In this document: piece by piece, positions 18,605-26,463 of the stretch
Numbering within the stretch: position 1 is the stretch's first letter
How the letters are laid out: each line of letters begins with the position of its first letter
NCBI GenBank assembly: GCA_001595385.3
Contig: LVEI03000002.1
Location: forward strand, 51,924-115,923
Source of the DNA: Deltaproteobacteria bacterium GWC2_55_46
GTDB taxonomy: Bacteria > Desulfobacterota > GWC2-55-46
Length of the DNA stretch: 64,000 bases
Direction: 5' to 3'
Made by a program: the position numbers and the translations under genes
Notes under the pieces: model-generated
Database searches by the model: none
What the model was told of the DNA's origin: nothing
Seen by the model: the letters and a program-made list of their open reading frames with translations, nothing else

Positions 18605-18730
18605 GTAACAATTGTTACCGATTATGATGCGTGCCACGAACGGCATAATCGCTTGAAAATTGAATACTTAAGCGACAACCTTCAGCCCGTATCCCTTGCC
18701 TATTCGATAACCGGTAACGATTGTTACCGG
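18605..18730. promoter_or_regulatory. Paired GTAAC-N-GTTAC palindromes (candidate operators)
   Basis: GTAACAATTGTTAC (18605-18618) and CCGGTAACGATTGTTACCGG (18711-18730), plus a half-site CAGTAACAAT at 18591. They sit 30-160 bp upstream of the first plus-strand gene. Confidence 0.4.
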
Positions 18731-18763
18731 TTAGGCAAGCCGGACGCATGAAAGGAAAACACC

Positions 18764-19342
18764 ATGTTAGAGATTAAAACCTTGCAGGACGTTGAAAAGC
18801 TGATGAAGGACGTAAACAAAGCCTTATCGCTTATTGAAAGCACGTACGGCAAGCAAGGACCAGTTTGCTATGCCATATCGCAATTCCTCAAGAGTGACAA
18901 CGGCAAGGCAGAGTTAGGGGAAACGTCTGCTAAGGCATGGTTAACAGAGCGTCTCAAGGGTGTTAGCGTGAACGCCTTTTACAATGCTGTTAGACGGTAT
19001 GAAGAATCCTTACTAACACCGGAGGAAAAGGAAACGAAAAAGGCAACGGCACAAGCGGAACGTGCCAAGAAAAAGGCAGAGCAAAAGGCTAAAGAGGATA
19101 GCATACCCGCCGATTTTTCGGCAATAGAGTTAGGGCTAAGGTCTGCTGTTAAAGGTTGGTCTATAGACCAGTTACAGACGGTTCAAGCTATTGTTGCGGC
19201 GGAATTAACCCGCAAGGAAAAAGCCATGACCGCCGAAGCGGCAAAACAGGCAAGTAAGGCTAAAGCCGTTCCTACAGGCAAAACACGGGTAACTGCGGCA
19301 AACGGTTCCGCATCGCCGATAGCACAAGCGGCAAACCAGTAA
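18764..19342 (+). CDS. Hypothetical protein, Lys/Ala/Glu-rich coiled-coil C-half (possibly KfrA-like DNA-binding)
   Basis: 192-aa ORF with an SD (GAAAGGAAAA). First gene of the plus-strand array. Function not established. Confidence 0.6.
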   Translation: MLEIKTLQDVEKLMKDVNKALSLIESTYGKQGPVCYAISQFLKSDNGKAELGETSAKAWLTERLKGVSVNAFYNAVRRYEESLLTPEEKETKKATAQAERAKKKAEQKAKEDSIPADFSAIELGLRSAVKGWSIDQLQTVQAIVAAELTRKEKAMTAEAAKQASKAKAVPTGKTRVTAANGSASPIAQAANQ

Positions 19343-19349
19343 CACGGCT

Positions 19350-19381
19350 GGACAGGGAAACGTGGTGTTTCCCTGTCCTTT
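19350..19381 (+). terminator. Hairpin terminator candidate
   Basis: 12-bp stem GGACAGGGAAAC/GTTTCCCTGTCC with a short T tract (TTT). Confidence 0.45.
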
Positions 19382-19411
19382 AACCGTTCCCTAATAACAG
19401 GAGCTAAGACT

Positions 19412-19495
19412 ATGCGAAAAAGCATAATCTATTTTCTCGCCGGAGTACATGGAGCTATGGCCGTTGTAGTCGTGTACATAATGGCTACAATCTAA
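19412..19495 (+). CDS. 27-aa hydrophobic peptide (MRKSIIYFLAGVHGAMAVVVVYIMATI)
   Basis: AGGAG sits 8 nt upstream of the ATG. One predicted TM helix. Followed by a strong terminator. Confidence 0.4.
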   Translation: MRKSIIYFLAGVHGAMAVVVVYIMATI

Positions 19496-19522
19496 GCCGT
19501 ATCCCGATAAGACACGTTCAAG

Positions 19523-19558
19523 GCCGGAGAAGTTTGTCCATATTCTCCGGCTTTTTTT
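19523..19558 (+). terminator. Rho-independent terminator
   Basis: GCCGGAGAA/TTCTCCGGC stem followed by T7. Confidence 0.75.
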
Positions 19559-19559
19559 G

Positions 19560-20579
19560 CAGACTTCTCCATGCGCTCGCGCTCATGACGCATACCTGTA
19601 CCTGGGCAGTTGCACCCGTCTATCCGTCTAATAATCCCGCAAATTCAAAGCCCTGGAAGTCCGGTTAATCCGGGATTCCGAAAAACCTGGGATTGGTTTG
19701 CCCGAATCCGGCGAGTCCCTGTTTTAAAAGTTAAACCGTTTAACTTTTAGTTCTGAAAGTCCCTGAAAACGAAACTTCCCGAATCCCGAAAAGCCCTGGA
19801 AGTCCCCTGACTATTCTGAAACTGCGTTTTAAGCCTTGAAGATTATTAAGCAAAACGCCTGTTGAGAAACACGCGATAGCCCTTTAAACGGAGTCCTGGC
19901 CGTTTGGAGGATGCCCAGATAAGGAAGGTCTGCATAGCCCTGCCCAGGCGCCTGTCGGGAGACACGCGGAAGGAAGCGGACCCCTTGTCAATGAATGAGC
20001 AATCCTGGAATCTGAAAGCCGGTTAAATCCGGCTTGAAGGAGTCTTGGAAAGCTCCCCTGGTCTATCGGGGATGAGGATAGAGGAACCACGTATAGGCTC
20101 TGCTCGGAGTAACGTCCGAAGGCAACCAGTGGTCACGGCATGGAGGATGTCGCGAGAGTCGCGCTCCCAAGCTGCTCCCTGGAAGTAAGGGAAAGCGGTC
20201 CGGTGTAATTCCCGGTCCCGTTGAGTACCTGAGGTAAAGGATAGCGGTCTGTTCCCTGTAAAGGGATTCGGTGAAGAACCGAGGGCGCGGGTGGGTGAAT
20301 CGACGGCACGCCTTGCTGAACCTTGACTGATGTTTCGACGGGCCAAAAGCGAGAAGGTCCGCCTGGTCTTGGGGAAGCGTAGGACTGAAAATCCTGGGTT
20401 GAAGTCTGATTCAGGTCGATTCGTAAAGGACGAAAGTATACCCCTCATTCCTCCGGTCAGGTCTTACCTTAAAGGGCCAGGCAAGCACGCGCCTACACTA
20501 AAAGAGCTGAGCGAAAGCTCAGAAGCGTGCATACAACTGAATAGGAGTCCATGTGAGGGGTCATAACTGGCCCCTCTTT
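19560..20579 (+). ncRNA. Candidate large structured non-coding RNA (unclassified)
   Basis: 1.0 kb without a credible ORF in an otherwise gene-dense array. Plus-strand GNRA-capped hairpins (GAAA at 20513, GTAA at 20258) and nested helices. 3' terminator at 20555-20579. Boundaries are approximate. Confidence 0.35.
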
Positions 20580-20598
20580 ACTTCCCGAAGGAAGGTCG

Positions 20599-20823
20599 AT
20601 GGGAAAGAAGGCAGTAGAGAAAGCGATAGGCGAGCTGCTCGCGGAGATTTACCACAGGCTCAACGGCAAAGACCGGACAAAGGAGTTTGTGGGCGATCCC
20701 GCGATTAGGGCGCGACTGAATGGACAGTGGAGCATTTTGCATACGCTCTGCACGGTCCTGAAGCTGGACATGGTAAGTGTCCGAGCCAGCATGAGCGAGA
20801 AGCTTAAAGAGCTGGCGGCGTAA
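20599..20823 (+). CDS. Hypothetical protein
   Basis: 74 aa with SD GAAGGAAGG upstream. Confidence 0.6.
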   Translation: MGKKAVEKAIGELLAEIYHRLNGKDRTKEFVGDPAIRARLNGQWSILHTLCTVLKLDMVSVRASMSEKLKELAA

Positions 20824-20848
20824 GGGCTTTTCAGCCCGAATCACGAAA

Positions 20849-20886
20849 GGGGAAGTGGGAGGAATCCTGCTTCCCCTTTTCTATTT
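20849..20886 (+). terminator. Rho-independent terminator
   Basis: GGGGAAG/CTTCCCC stem, then TTTTCTATTT. Confidence 0.6.
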
Positions 20887-20911
20887 GGACTGAAAAATGA
20901 AAGGAGGAGTC

Positions 20912-21181
20912 ATGAAGCTGAAAATCAAGCCGGAAGATTATCGAATCTTGAAAGCGGCGGTAGAGAAGGTCGCGAGAGAAAACCCCGGTATGCGCCGGGA
21001 GTACCGGGAGAACGGACTGAGCGAGATGCGATATCGGTGGGACCTGCTCTGGAAAGCAGGGCTGCGAATCGGATGCAGTATAGGCACCCCTGGAGATCTG
21101 AATTTGTACGATTACATGAACGACGAGCACATAGACTCGGCGCTGCGTCATATCGTCGGAGCCGGAAAGGAGGAGTCATGA
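20912..21181 (+). CDS. Hypothetical protein
   Basis: ATG 20912 is preceded by AAAGGAGGAG and is preferred over 20897. Confidence 0.6.
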   Translation: MKLKIKPEDYRILKAAVEKVARENPGMRREYRENGLSEMRYRWDLLWKAGLRIGCSIGTPGDLNLYDYMNDEHIDSALRHIVGAGKEES

Positions 21182-21270
21182 GAATCCTGAAAGAGGTCGT
21201 GGGAGGTATAGCGCTTTTAATCCTGCTCGTCGCCGGAGTATTCCTGGCGATGCTTGTAGGGCAAGCCTGA
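21178..21270 (+). CDS. 30-aa membrane peptide (MRILKEVVGGIALLILLVAGVFLAMLVGQA)
   Basis: ATG overlaps the upstream stop (ATGA). One TM helix. Confidence 0.45.
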   Translation: MRILKEVVGGIALLILLVAGVFLAMLVGQA

Positions 21271-21282
21271 AAGGAGGCCGTC

Positions 21283-21465
21283 ATGTCCTACCGTACCTAC
21301 TGCGTTTTGAGGGAGCTTCGCGAAAGATTCTTCGCGGGAGATATCGACCAGGAAACCCTTGTGAAAGAGGTCGAGTCCGTCATGCGGATGAAGCAGCTGT
21401 TCCTGGACTTTGAGAAAGGAGGTGAGGCGCGTGGTGAAGGTGATCACAAACAGAGGAACCTTTGA
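21283..21465 (+). CDS. Hypothetical protein
   Basis: 60 aa with SD AAAGGAGG upstream. Confidence 0.55.
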   Translation: MSYRTYCVLRELRERFFAGDIDQETLVKEVESVMRMKQLFLDFEKGGEARGEGDHKQRNL

Positions 21466-21529
21466 CTTTGTGAAAGGCTCGATGGTCGAGCATTTCGTCA
21501 GAACGGGCTATGTGGTGGCCCTGGCCTAA
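21431..21529 (+). CDS. 32-aa hypothetical peptide
   Basis: GTG start with SD GAAAGGAGGTGA upstream. Its stop lies inside the repeated hairpin element. Confidence 0.35.
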   Translation: MVKVITNRGTFDFVKGSMVEHFVRTGYVVALA

Positions 21530-21625
21530 AAGTTAAACCGCTTAACTTTTAGTTCTGGAACCTTGAGTACCTAACCCGCAGGTATTCGGGGTTTTTTATT
21601 GTCTGCGGGGCGAAAGGGAGAAGTT

Positions 21626-21757
21626 ATGGAGATACGGCTGAAGCTGATTGAGGCGGCGAAGAAACGCCCGGAGTTCAAGGTAGGCCAGCTGGTAAAACTG
21701 GCTATCAGGAAGCACAAGAGCACGAAGAAGGAGAAAAACCATGCGAATCATAACTGA
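21626..21757 (+). CDS. 43-aa basic hypothetical protein
   Basis: ATG preceded by GGGAGAAG. Overlaps the next ORF by 17 nt. Confidence 0.4.
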   Translation: MEIRLKLIEAAKKRPEFKVGQLVKLAIRKHKSTKKEKNHANHN

Positions 21758-21917
21758 CGCGGAGTGGCAGAAGGAGTGCAAGAGGAGGCTCGATAAAGCC
21801 CTGGACGAGCCTGTGCTGGCAAGGAAGGCGCTCGAAGCCCTGGACCGGGACCCGAAGCTTAAGAGGGAGATACCGAGGCCCCTGTACTTCCGGGTCTTAA
21901 CAAGCGCAATCGTCTAA
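21741..21917 (+). CDS. 58-aa hypothetical protein
   Basis: ATG preceded by AAGGAGAAAAA. Below the ORF-track size cutoff. Confidence 0.45.
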   Translation: MRIITDAEWQKECKRRLDKALDEPVLARKALEALDRDPKLKREIPRPLYFRVLTSAIV

Positions 21918-21930
21918 AGGAGGTCTATCC

Positions 21931-22266
21931 ATGAGTAAGCCAAGGGAATACGAAAACAAACTCCTCGGCGCAATAGAGGAGATGCAAAGCGCGAGTAGCT
22001 CCCTGCACTCACCCCCGGAGCCCATCGAGGACCCCGGCCCCAATGCCCTGCCTTTTCTTGACGAGCAGGACAAGCACGTAAAACACGCGAAGAAACACCT
22101 TCTGGCGGCTAAAGACCTGCTAAGGGAATACACGGCCACCATAAACTCAATCCGCGACTTCCTGCTGGCGCTCGAAGTGGAGGCCGTAGAAAAAGGTCAG
22201 GCTTCGATATCCAGGGAAAAGATTCACGAGATAAGACAGGCTCTTTGGAAAAACCCAGATGTCTAA
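21931..22266 (+). CDS. Hypothetical protein
   Basis: 111 aa with SD AAAGGAGG upstream. Confidence 0.6.
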   Translation: MSKPREYENKLLGAIEEMQSASSSLHSPPEPIEDPGPNALPFLDEQDKHVKHAKKHLLAAKDLLREYTATINSIRDFLLALEVEAVEKGQASISREKIHEIRQALWKNPDV

Positions 22267-22373
22267 CCGGAAAGGAGGTGATTTAGCACCGGGGTTGCGA
22301 AACCGCTCCCGGACAATGTAAAACGCGGACTGGCAGAAACGACCCATAACCTCAAACAAGAAGGAGAAAGAAA

Positions 22374-22808
22374 ATGACGAAGTTCAAGGTCGGCGACGTA
22401 GTGGAGGCCGTAAGGAACACCTGCTCGCACAACTACAAGATAGGTAAAGCGTACCAGCTTGCCAAGCGCTACGGCGATGAGAGCTGGTTCATGACAGACA
22501 TGAAGACCGGCAAAACCTTCGATTGCTATGTCAAGGAGAACGACCTGAAGCTATCCAGCCAGACCCGCGCGGAAGAGGCCGCTTATCTCGAATCCGACGT
22601 CCTCCCCGACAGGAAGGCCGCCCTTGAAACCCTCAAGAAGGAAGTCGAGGACCTGGAAGCGAAGATCGAGAGGTACAAAAAGTTCGAGTCTGCGGAGCAC
22701 GAGGCCGCGCATCTCATCTCCCAGATATTCAAGACCGGCGGGGATGAGGGCGCCATCCTCGACGTGCTCAAGACCACGAAGGTCCTGAGCGGGAAGGAAG
22801 ATTTCTGA
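22374..22808 (+). CDS. Hypothetical protein (coiled-coil C-half)
   Basis: 144 aa with SD GAAGGAGAAAG upstream. Confidence 0.6.
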   Translation: MTKFKVGDVVEAVRNTCSHNYKIGKAYQLAKRYGDESWFMTDMKTGKTFDCYVKENDLKLSSQTRAEEAAYLESDVLPDRKAALETLKKEVEDLEAKIERYKKFESAEHEAAHLISQIFKTGGDEGAILDVLKTTKVLSGKEDF

Positions 22809-22819
22809 GGTAACACGCG

Positions 22820-22849
22820 GGGCGGTTCTTCGGGGCCGCCCTTACTTTT
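22820..22849 (+). terminator. Terminator candidate
   Basis: GGGCGG/CCGCCC stem, then TTACTTTT. Confidence 0.45.
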
Positions 22850-22868
22850 AAAAGGGAGGCGGTAAACC

Positions 22869-23168
22869 ATGCCTAAAAAGTTTCGACTGAAGGACTGGAA
22901 GTGGACAATCCAGCAGGTGCTGGAGGACACCCGAGTCTTCGAGCCTGACCGCAAGGCCGGCCTGCACTACTACGAGTGTCGGCACGGGGAGAACGATTGG
23001 AGCCAGCCAATCTCGATAGAGCAGTCCGTACTGGTGAACTTCTGGGGGACACTCGTAACCACTGAATCCCTGAATCTGGGAGACGGGGTTCTGGAACTGA
23101 CGAGGCGCGAGGGCGAGGAACTGATGTTTCTTGCTCATTCGGACGTCAAAAAAAGAGGTGGTCCATGA
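22869..23168 (+). CDS. Hypothetical protein
   Basis: 99 aa with SD AAGGGAGG upstream. Confidence 0.6.
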   Translation: MPKKFRLKDWKWTIQQVLEDTRVFEPDRKAGLHYYECRHGENDWSQPISIEQSVLVNFWGTLVTTESLNLGDGVLELTRREGEELMFLAHSDVKKRGGP

Positions 23169-23803
23169 AAAAAGAAACCCTGAAAGCCCTCGAAGGCAGC
23201 ATCGAGAAGTGGGAGGGGATTGTAGCCGGCACGGAGGTGGACAAGGCTTTTAAGAATTGTCCCTTGTGCCAACGCTTCTCTGGGGACGACGAATACTTCT
23301 GCCATACCCCTGACGGCGAAGAAGTCTGTCCAATTGTCAAGAAAGTCAAAAACGACGCTTGTGACGCAACGCCTTACATGGACTGGCATAGCCACGGGAC
23401 AGACAAACACCGCACCACTAACCATCCCGATCATAGCGAAAAGCACCACAGCGTCCACCCCGATTGCCCGGAGTGTTTGAGGCTGGCGAAGACGGAACTC
23501 AAGTTCCTCAAGAGCCTGCTCCCCAAAAAGAACAAAAGGAAGGAGGTAACCATGTCTGGAGTATCAGGAAGCGTCACCTGCCCGAATTGCGGGGCGGACA
23601 TGGACACGTATTCGGACTGGAAACCGTTCGAGTATGTATCCGGGGAATGTTACGGCTGCGGGTTCTTCTACTACACCGTGACTGATCAGATGAGCCTTGA
23701 AGGACTGAACGAGGGGCGCAAGGAGCGCGGCCTCAAGCCCCTCAAGAAGCTCCCGAAGGTCTCGAAGCTCATGAAGCACTACATCAAGAAGGAGGCGTCA
23801 TGA
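23165..23803 (+). CDS. Cys/His-rich hypothetical protein with a C-terminal zinc ribbon
   Basis: CPLCQ...C..PDGEEVCP...HPDCPEC in the N-half and CPNCG...CYGCG in the C-half. A strong in-frame internal SD plus ATG at about 23551 suggests a possible second product. Confidence 0.6.
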   Translation: MKKETLKALEGSIEKWEGIVAGTEVDKAFKNCPLCQRFSGDDEYFCHTPDGEEVCPIVKKVKNDACDATPYMDWHSHGTDKHRTTNHPDHSEKHHSVHPDCPECLRLAKTELKFLKSLLPKKNKRKEVTMSGVSGSVTCPNCGADMDTYSDWKPFEYVSGECYGCGFFYYTVTDQMSLEGLNEGRKERGLKPLKKLPKVSKLMKHYIKKEAS

Positions 23804-24012
23804 ACACAAAGGTAAGTTATCAGGTTTTGAACAGCAGCGGTCTGCCGGCGAGCGGGCCGCAGCACGACCTCGCCGTATTCCCCTCCCAGAGAACCGCCAA
23901 GGACTGGATCGACTACCTCGTGAACGAGTGCGACGTTGAAAGGGACGAGATCACGATCCGGGAAGTGCTCGTAAGCCTACCTCTGACTTACCCGGGAGGG
24001 GAGGAGTTATGA
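23800..24012 (+). CDS. Hypothetical protein
   Basis: 70 aa. ATGA overlap with upstream, SD AAGGAGG. Confidence 0.55.
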   Translation: MNTKVSYQVLNSSGLPASGPQHDLAVFPSQRTAKDWIDYLVNECDVERDEITIREVLVSLPLTYPGGEEL

Positions 24013-24323
24013 CCGACTACATGCCCTTAGGCCCCGTTCCATACGCCGAAGACTGCGCCCAACTGGGAACGCCCTATTACTACGAACGGGCCAAGAAGGA
24101 GTGCCGGGCCTATCGGAACCAGCTCAGGCGGGTATTCGGGGAGCCGCCCGGAAACGCTTCCTTCGTAATGAAGTCCTTCCCGCACGACTTGGGGAGCTAT
24201 TACGAGATCTGCGTCCTCTACGACCCGAACAACGAGGAGGAGAGCGACTTCGCCTACATGTGCGAAGGGAACCAGCCTGAACTCTGGGACGAGGAAGCCC
24301 GGAAGGAACTGGGCGTATGTTAA
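24009..24323 (+). CDS. Hypothetical protein
   Basis: 104 aa. ATGA overlap with upstream, SD GGAGGGGAGGAG. Confidence 0.6.
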   Translation: MTDYMPLGPVPYAEDCAQLGTPYYYERAKKECRAYRNQLRRVFGEPPGNASFVMKSFPHDLGSYYEICVLYDPNNEEESDFAYMCEGNQPELWDEEARKELGVC

Positions 24324-24748
24324 AGAACCTGCTCACAAACAAAGAGTACGTGAAAAGCAGGGGGCAAGTCTGTCCGGTCTGCGAGAGTCCGGGACTTGAA
24401 GCCTGTGGAAGCTTGGACGTTGACGGCGGCACAGTCAGTCAATCTGACACCAACTGCCTTACCTGCGGTGCGAGCTGGACCGACTACTATGTCTTGACGG
24501 AGTACGTCCTCGACGAGCCCGACCACATGGACGACATAAAGACCCTAAAGACTCTCAGCAATGAGGTCTCCATCGTAGAGACCCCCGGGGAAGTCGCCGC
24601 GCTTGTCGAAACAAAAGACGCCCGGGCGTGGTTCACGACCCTCAACTCCATGAGGATCAAGAGGATCAAGAGCACGAAGATACGGGAGGAGGTAATACAG
24701 GCTTTGACGGAAATCGAGATGATGAAGAAGCTCAGCCAGACGGCCTAA
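24317..24748 (+). CDS. Zinc-ribbon hypothetical protein
   Basis: CPVCES...C(x)nCLTCG four-Cys ribbon. Overlaps the upstream gene by 7 nt. Confidence 0.55.
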   Translation: MLKNLLTNKEYVKSRGQVCPVCESPGLEACGSLDVDGGTVSQSDTNCLTCGASWTDYYVLTEYVLDEPDHMDDIKTLKTLSNEVSIVETPGEVAALVETKDARAWFTTLNSMRIKRIKSTKIREEVIQALTEIEMMKKLSQTA

Positions 24749-24767
24749 CGCCTGAAAGGAGAATGAA

Positions 24768-25058
24768 ATGCCAAAAGATTACTGCAAGTGCCCGAACTGC
24801 AACTACACCGACTTCAAGGAGTACGCGCTTGATATCGTGACCAGCAAGAACGTACATATCCGCAAGAGCGGAGCCGTCGCTTACGAGGAAGCCGAGATAG
24901 ACGGCTACTGTACTGCGTATTCATCGCTCAAGTCCAACCCGAGAAGCACGCTTTTCTATGTCTGCGAAAATTGCAAGACATTGTACGTTCGCCGCCTTAC
25001 CGAGCCCACCTGGGAAGAGAACGCGGCATTCTCTGAAATAATCAAAGTCGTGGGCTGA
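24768..25058 (+). CDS. Zinc-ribbon protein, paralog of 29378-29686
   Basis: CPNC...FKEYALDIVTSKNV...EIDGYCT.YS...LFYVCE.C is shared with the 29378 product (roughly half the residues identical by eye). Confidence 0.65.
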   Translation: MPKDYCKCPNCNYTDFKEYALDIVTSKNVHIRKSGAVAYEEAEIDGYCTAYSSLKSNPRSTLFYVCENCKTLYVRRLTEPTWEENAAFSEIIKVVG

Positions 25059-25152
25059 GGCCACGAAAACTTCCGCCCTGAAGTGTGGGCCAACATAACC
25101 CCGAATCGCATGAAGAGCCGGGGATTTTTATTGCCCGGAAAAGGAGGAAACC

Positions 25153-26463
25153 ATGAAGTCCGAAGTTCGATTTGAAGTAAAGAACGGGGCATATAACCCC
25201 CAAACGATCAGTGGCAGTGTGGGTTGGATAATTCAGGAGAGCCTCTCTCCGGAAGAATCCCTACCCGCCGCCGTAGACATGGCGTTACAGGCCCTCGATC
25301 TCTCCCATTACTACATGGATGATGGCCGGGGACCGAAGGTCACAAAGCCTATCAAAAAGATTCTGGTGAAGGCGTTCGGCAAGGAACGGACTGAGATTGC
25401 CATGCCCGCACTGTGCAAGAAGATAGCCGAGCTTTACTCGCCCAAGATGGACCTCCGGGCCTTCTGGGGAGATAAGGCTCTCCTGGGTGCTGGCAAATGG
25501 GAGCGCCAGGATACCTGTTTTGCGGACGATGGCTGCAATAAAACTTCCAAAATCTTTTTGGAGAAGTTCAGGAGGGCGAAAGCGCTTGTCTTGGAGCACG
25601 AAAACGAAGAAGGTACGTCCTACGCCAGGAGCATAGCCTTCTTCGCCGGGGGCCGTACCGTCTACCTCTCCAACTTCTACTACAACGGCGTGCCGCAGAA
25701 CAACCTCTTGTTCGTGGAGGCACTAAGAAAACTTCTGGGCATCTCGTCAGTCAAATACGCGAAAGAAACTTTCCCTTTGCCTATCTATACGAATCATGAC
25801 GGCCTAAAGGTATATGACGGTCGATCCAAGCCGTACAAGGGGAAGATACTCTACCCGTGTCCTCACTGTGACGAGAAGGTGCCGAAATTGACAACGTATG
25901 TTTCCGGGCATACCCACCAGATAGGCTGTTCCAGCGAGTGCGTTGGTGATGACGAAGACTCGATCTCCTGCAATAACTGCGGTGAGCGGGCCCTCCGTGA
26001 TGACGCCTATAACGGTCCCGACGATAACCTCTACTGCGAAAGCTGCCATAACGAACTGACCAGCTACTGCAACGCCTGCGACTCGACCGTCTGGAATGAC
26101 GACTACTTGGGGGATGGATACTGCGATAATTGCGGGTTCGACTGTCGTGAGTGCGACAGCACTCACAGCAACAACGACCGCTACGAAGGCCCGGACGGGC
26201 GCGACTACTGCGAAAAATGCTTTCATGAAAAGTTCACTGAGTGCTACGAGTGCAATGAAGTCGTAAAACGCAAGGACTCCAGGCAGGACCAAGACGGAGA
26301 AAATTACTGCAAGGGCTGTTACGAGGACAAGTTCGTCGAGTGCAAAGAATGCGGGGAAGAAACGCTCCGGGACAAGGCGCAGGACGACCTCTGCCCCGAT
26401 TGCTACTCGGACAAAAAAGAGAAAGAGGAGGCCGAGAATGAAAACGCTACTGTCAACACTTAG
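25153..26463 (+). CDS. Multi-zinc-ribbon protein: unknown N-domain plus about 5 tandem CxxC-x(12-16)-YCxxC modules
   Basis: C-terminal 200 aa: CNNCG..YCESC / CNACD..YCDNC / CRECD..YCEKC / CYECN..YCKGC / CKECG..CPDC, with an acidic tail. Confidence 0.7.
   Translation: MKSEVRFEVKNGAYNPQTISGSVGWIIQESLSPEESLPAAVDMALQALDLSHYYMDDGRGPKVTKPIKKILVKAFGKERTEIAMPALCKKIAELYSPKMDLRAFWGDKALLGAGKWERQDTCFADDGCNKTSKIFLEKFRRAKALVLEHENEEGTSYARSIAFFAGGRTVYLSNFYYNGVPQNNLLFVEALRKLLGISSVKYAKETFPLPIYTNHDGLKVYDGRSKPYKGKILYPCPHCDEKVPKLTTYVSGHTHQIGCSSECVGDDEDSISCNNCGERALRDDAYNGPDDNLYCESCHNELTSYCNACDSTVWNDDYLGDGYCDNCGFDCRECDSTHSNNDRYEGPDGRDYCEKCFHEKFTECYECNEVVKRKDSRQDQDGENYCKGCYEDKFVECKECGEETLRDKAQDDLCPDCYSDKKEKEEAENENATVNT

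Noticed and set aside
20385-20440. Resemblance of GUCUGAUUCAGGUCGAUUCG to the tmRNA 5' end (GGGGCUGAUUCUGGAUUCGACGGG).
   Set aside because: No tRNA-like 3' end (T-arm plus ACCA), no tag reading frame ending in a typical ...LAA tag and no acceptor pairing partner. The similarity is limited to about 12 nt.
19884-20448. Minus-strand ORFs 19884-20090 (68 aa) and 20023-20448 (141 aa) in the ORF-poor segment.
   Set aside because: They have Ser/Arg/Pro-rich composition and no SD, and they are opposite in orientation to the whole gene array. The region is treated as non-coding (candidate RNA).
19560-20579. Possibility that the ORF-free region is a group II intron, RNase P RNA or retron ncRNA.
   Set aside because: There is no domain V-like or GAGGAAAGUCCGGGC-type conserved motif. 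No reverse transcriptase or maturase gene is present anywhere in the window.
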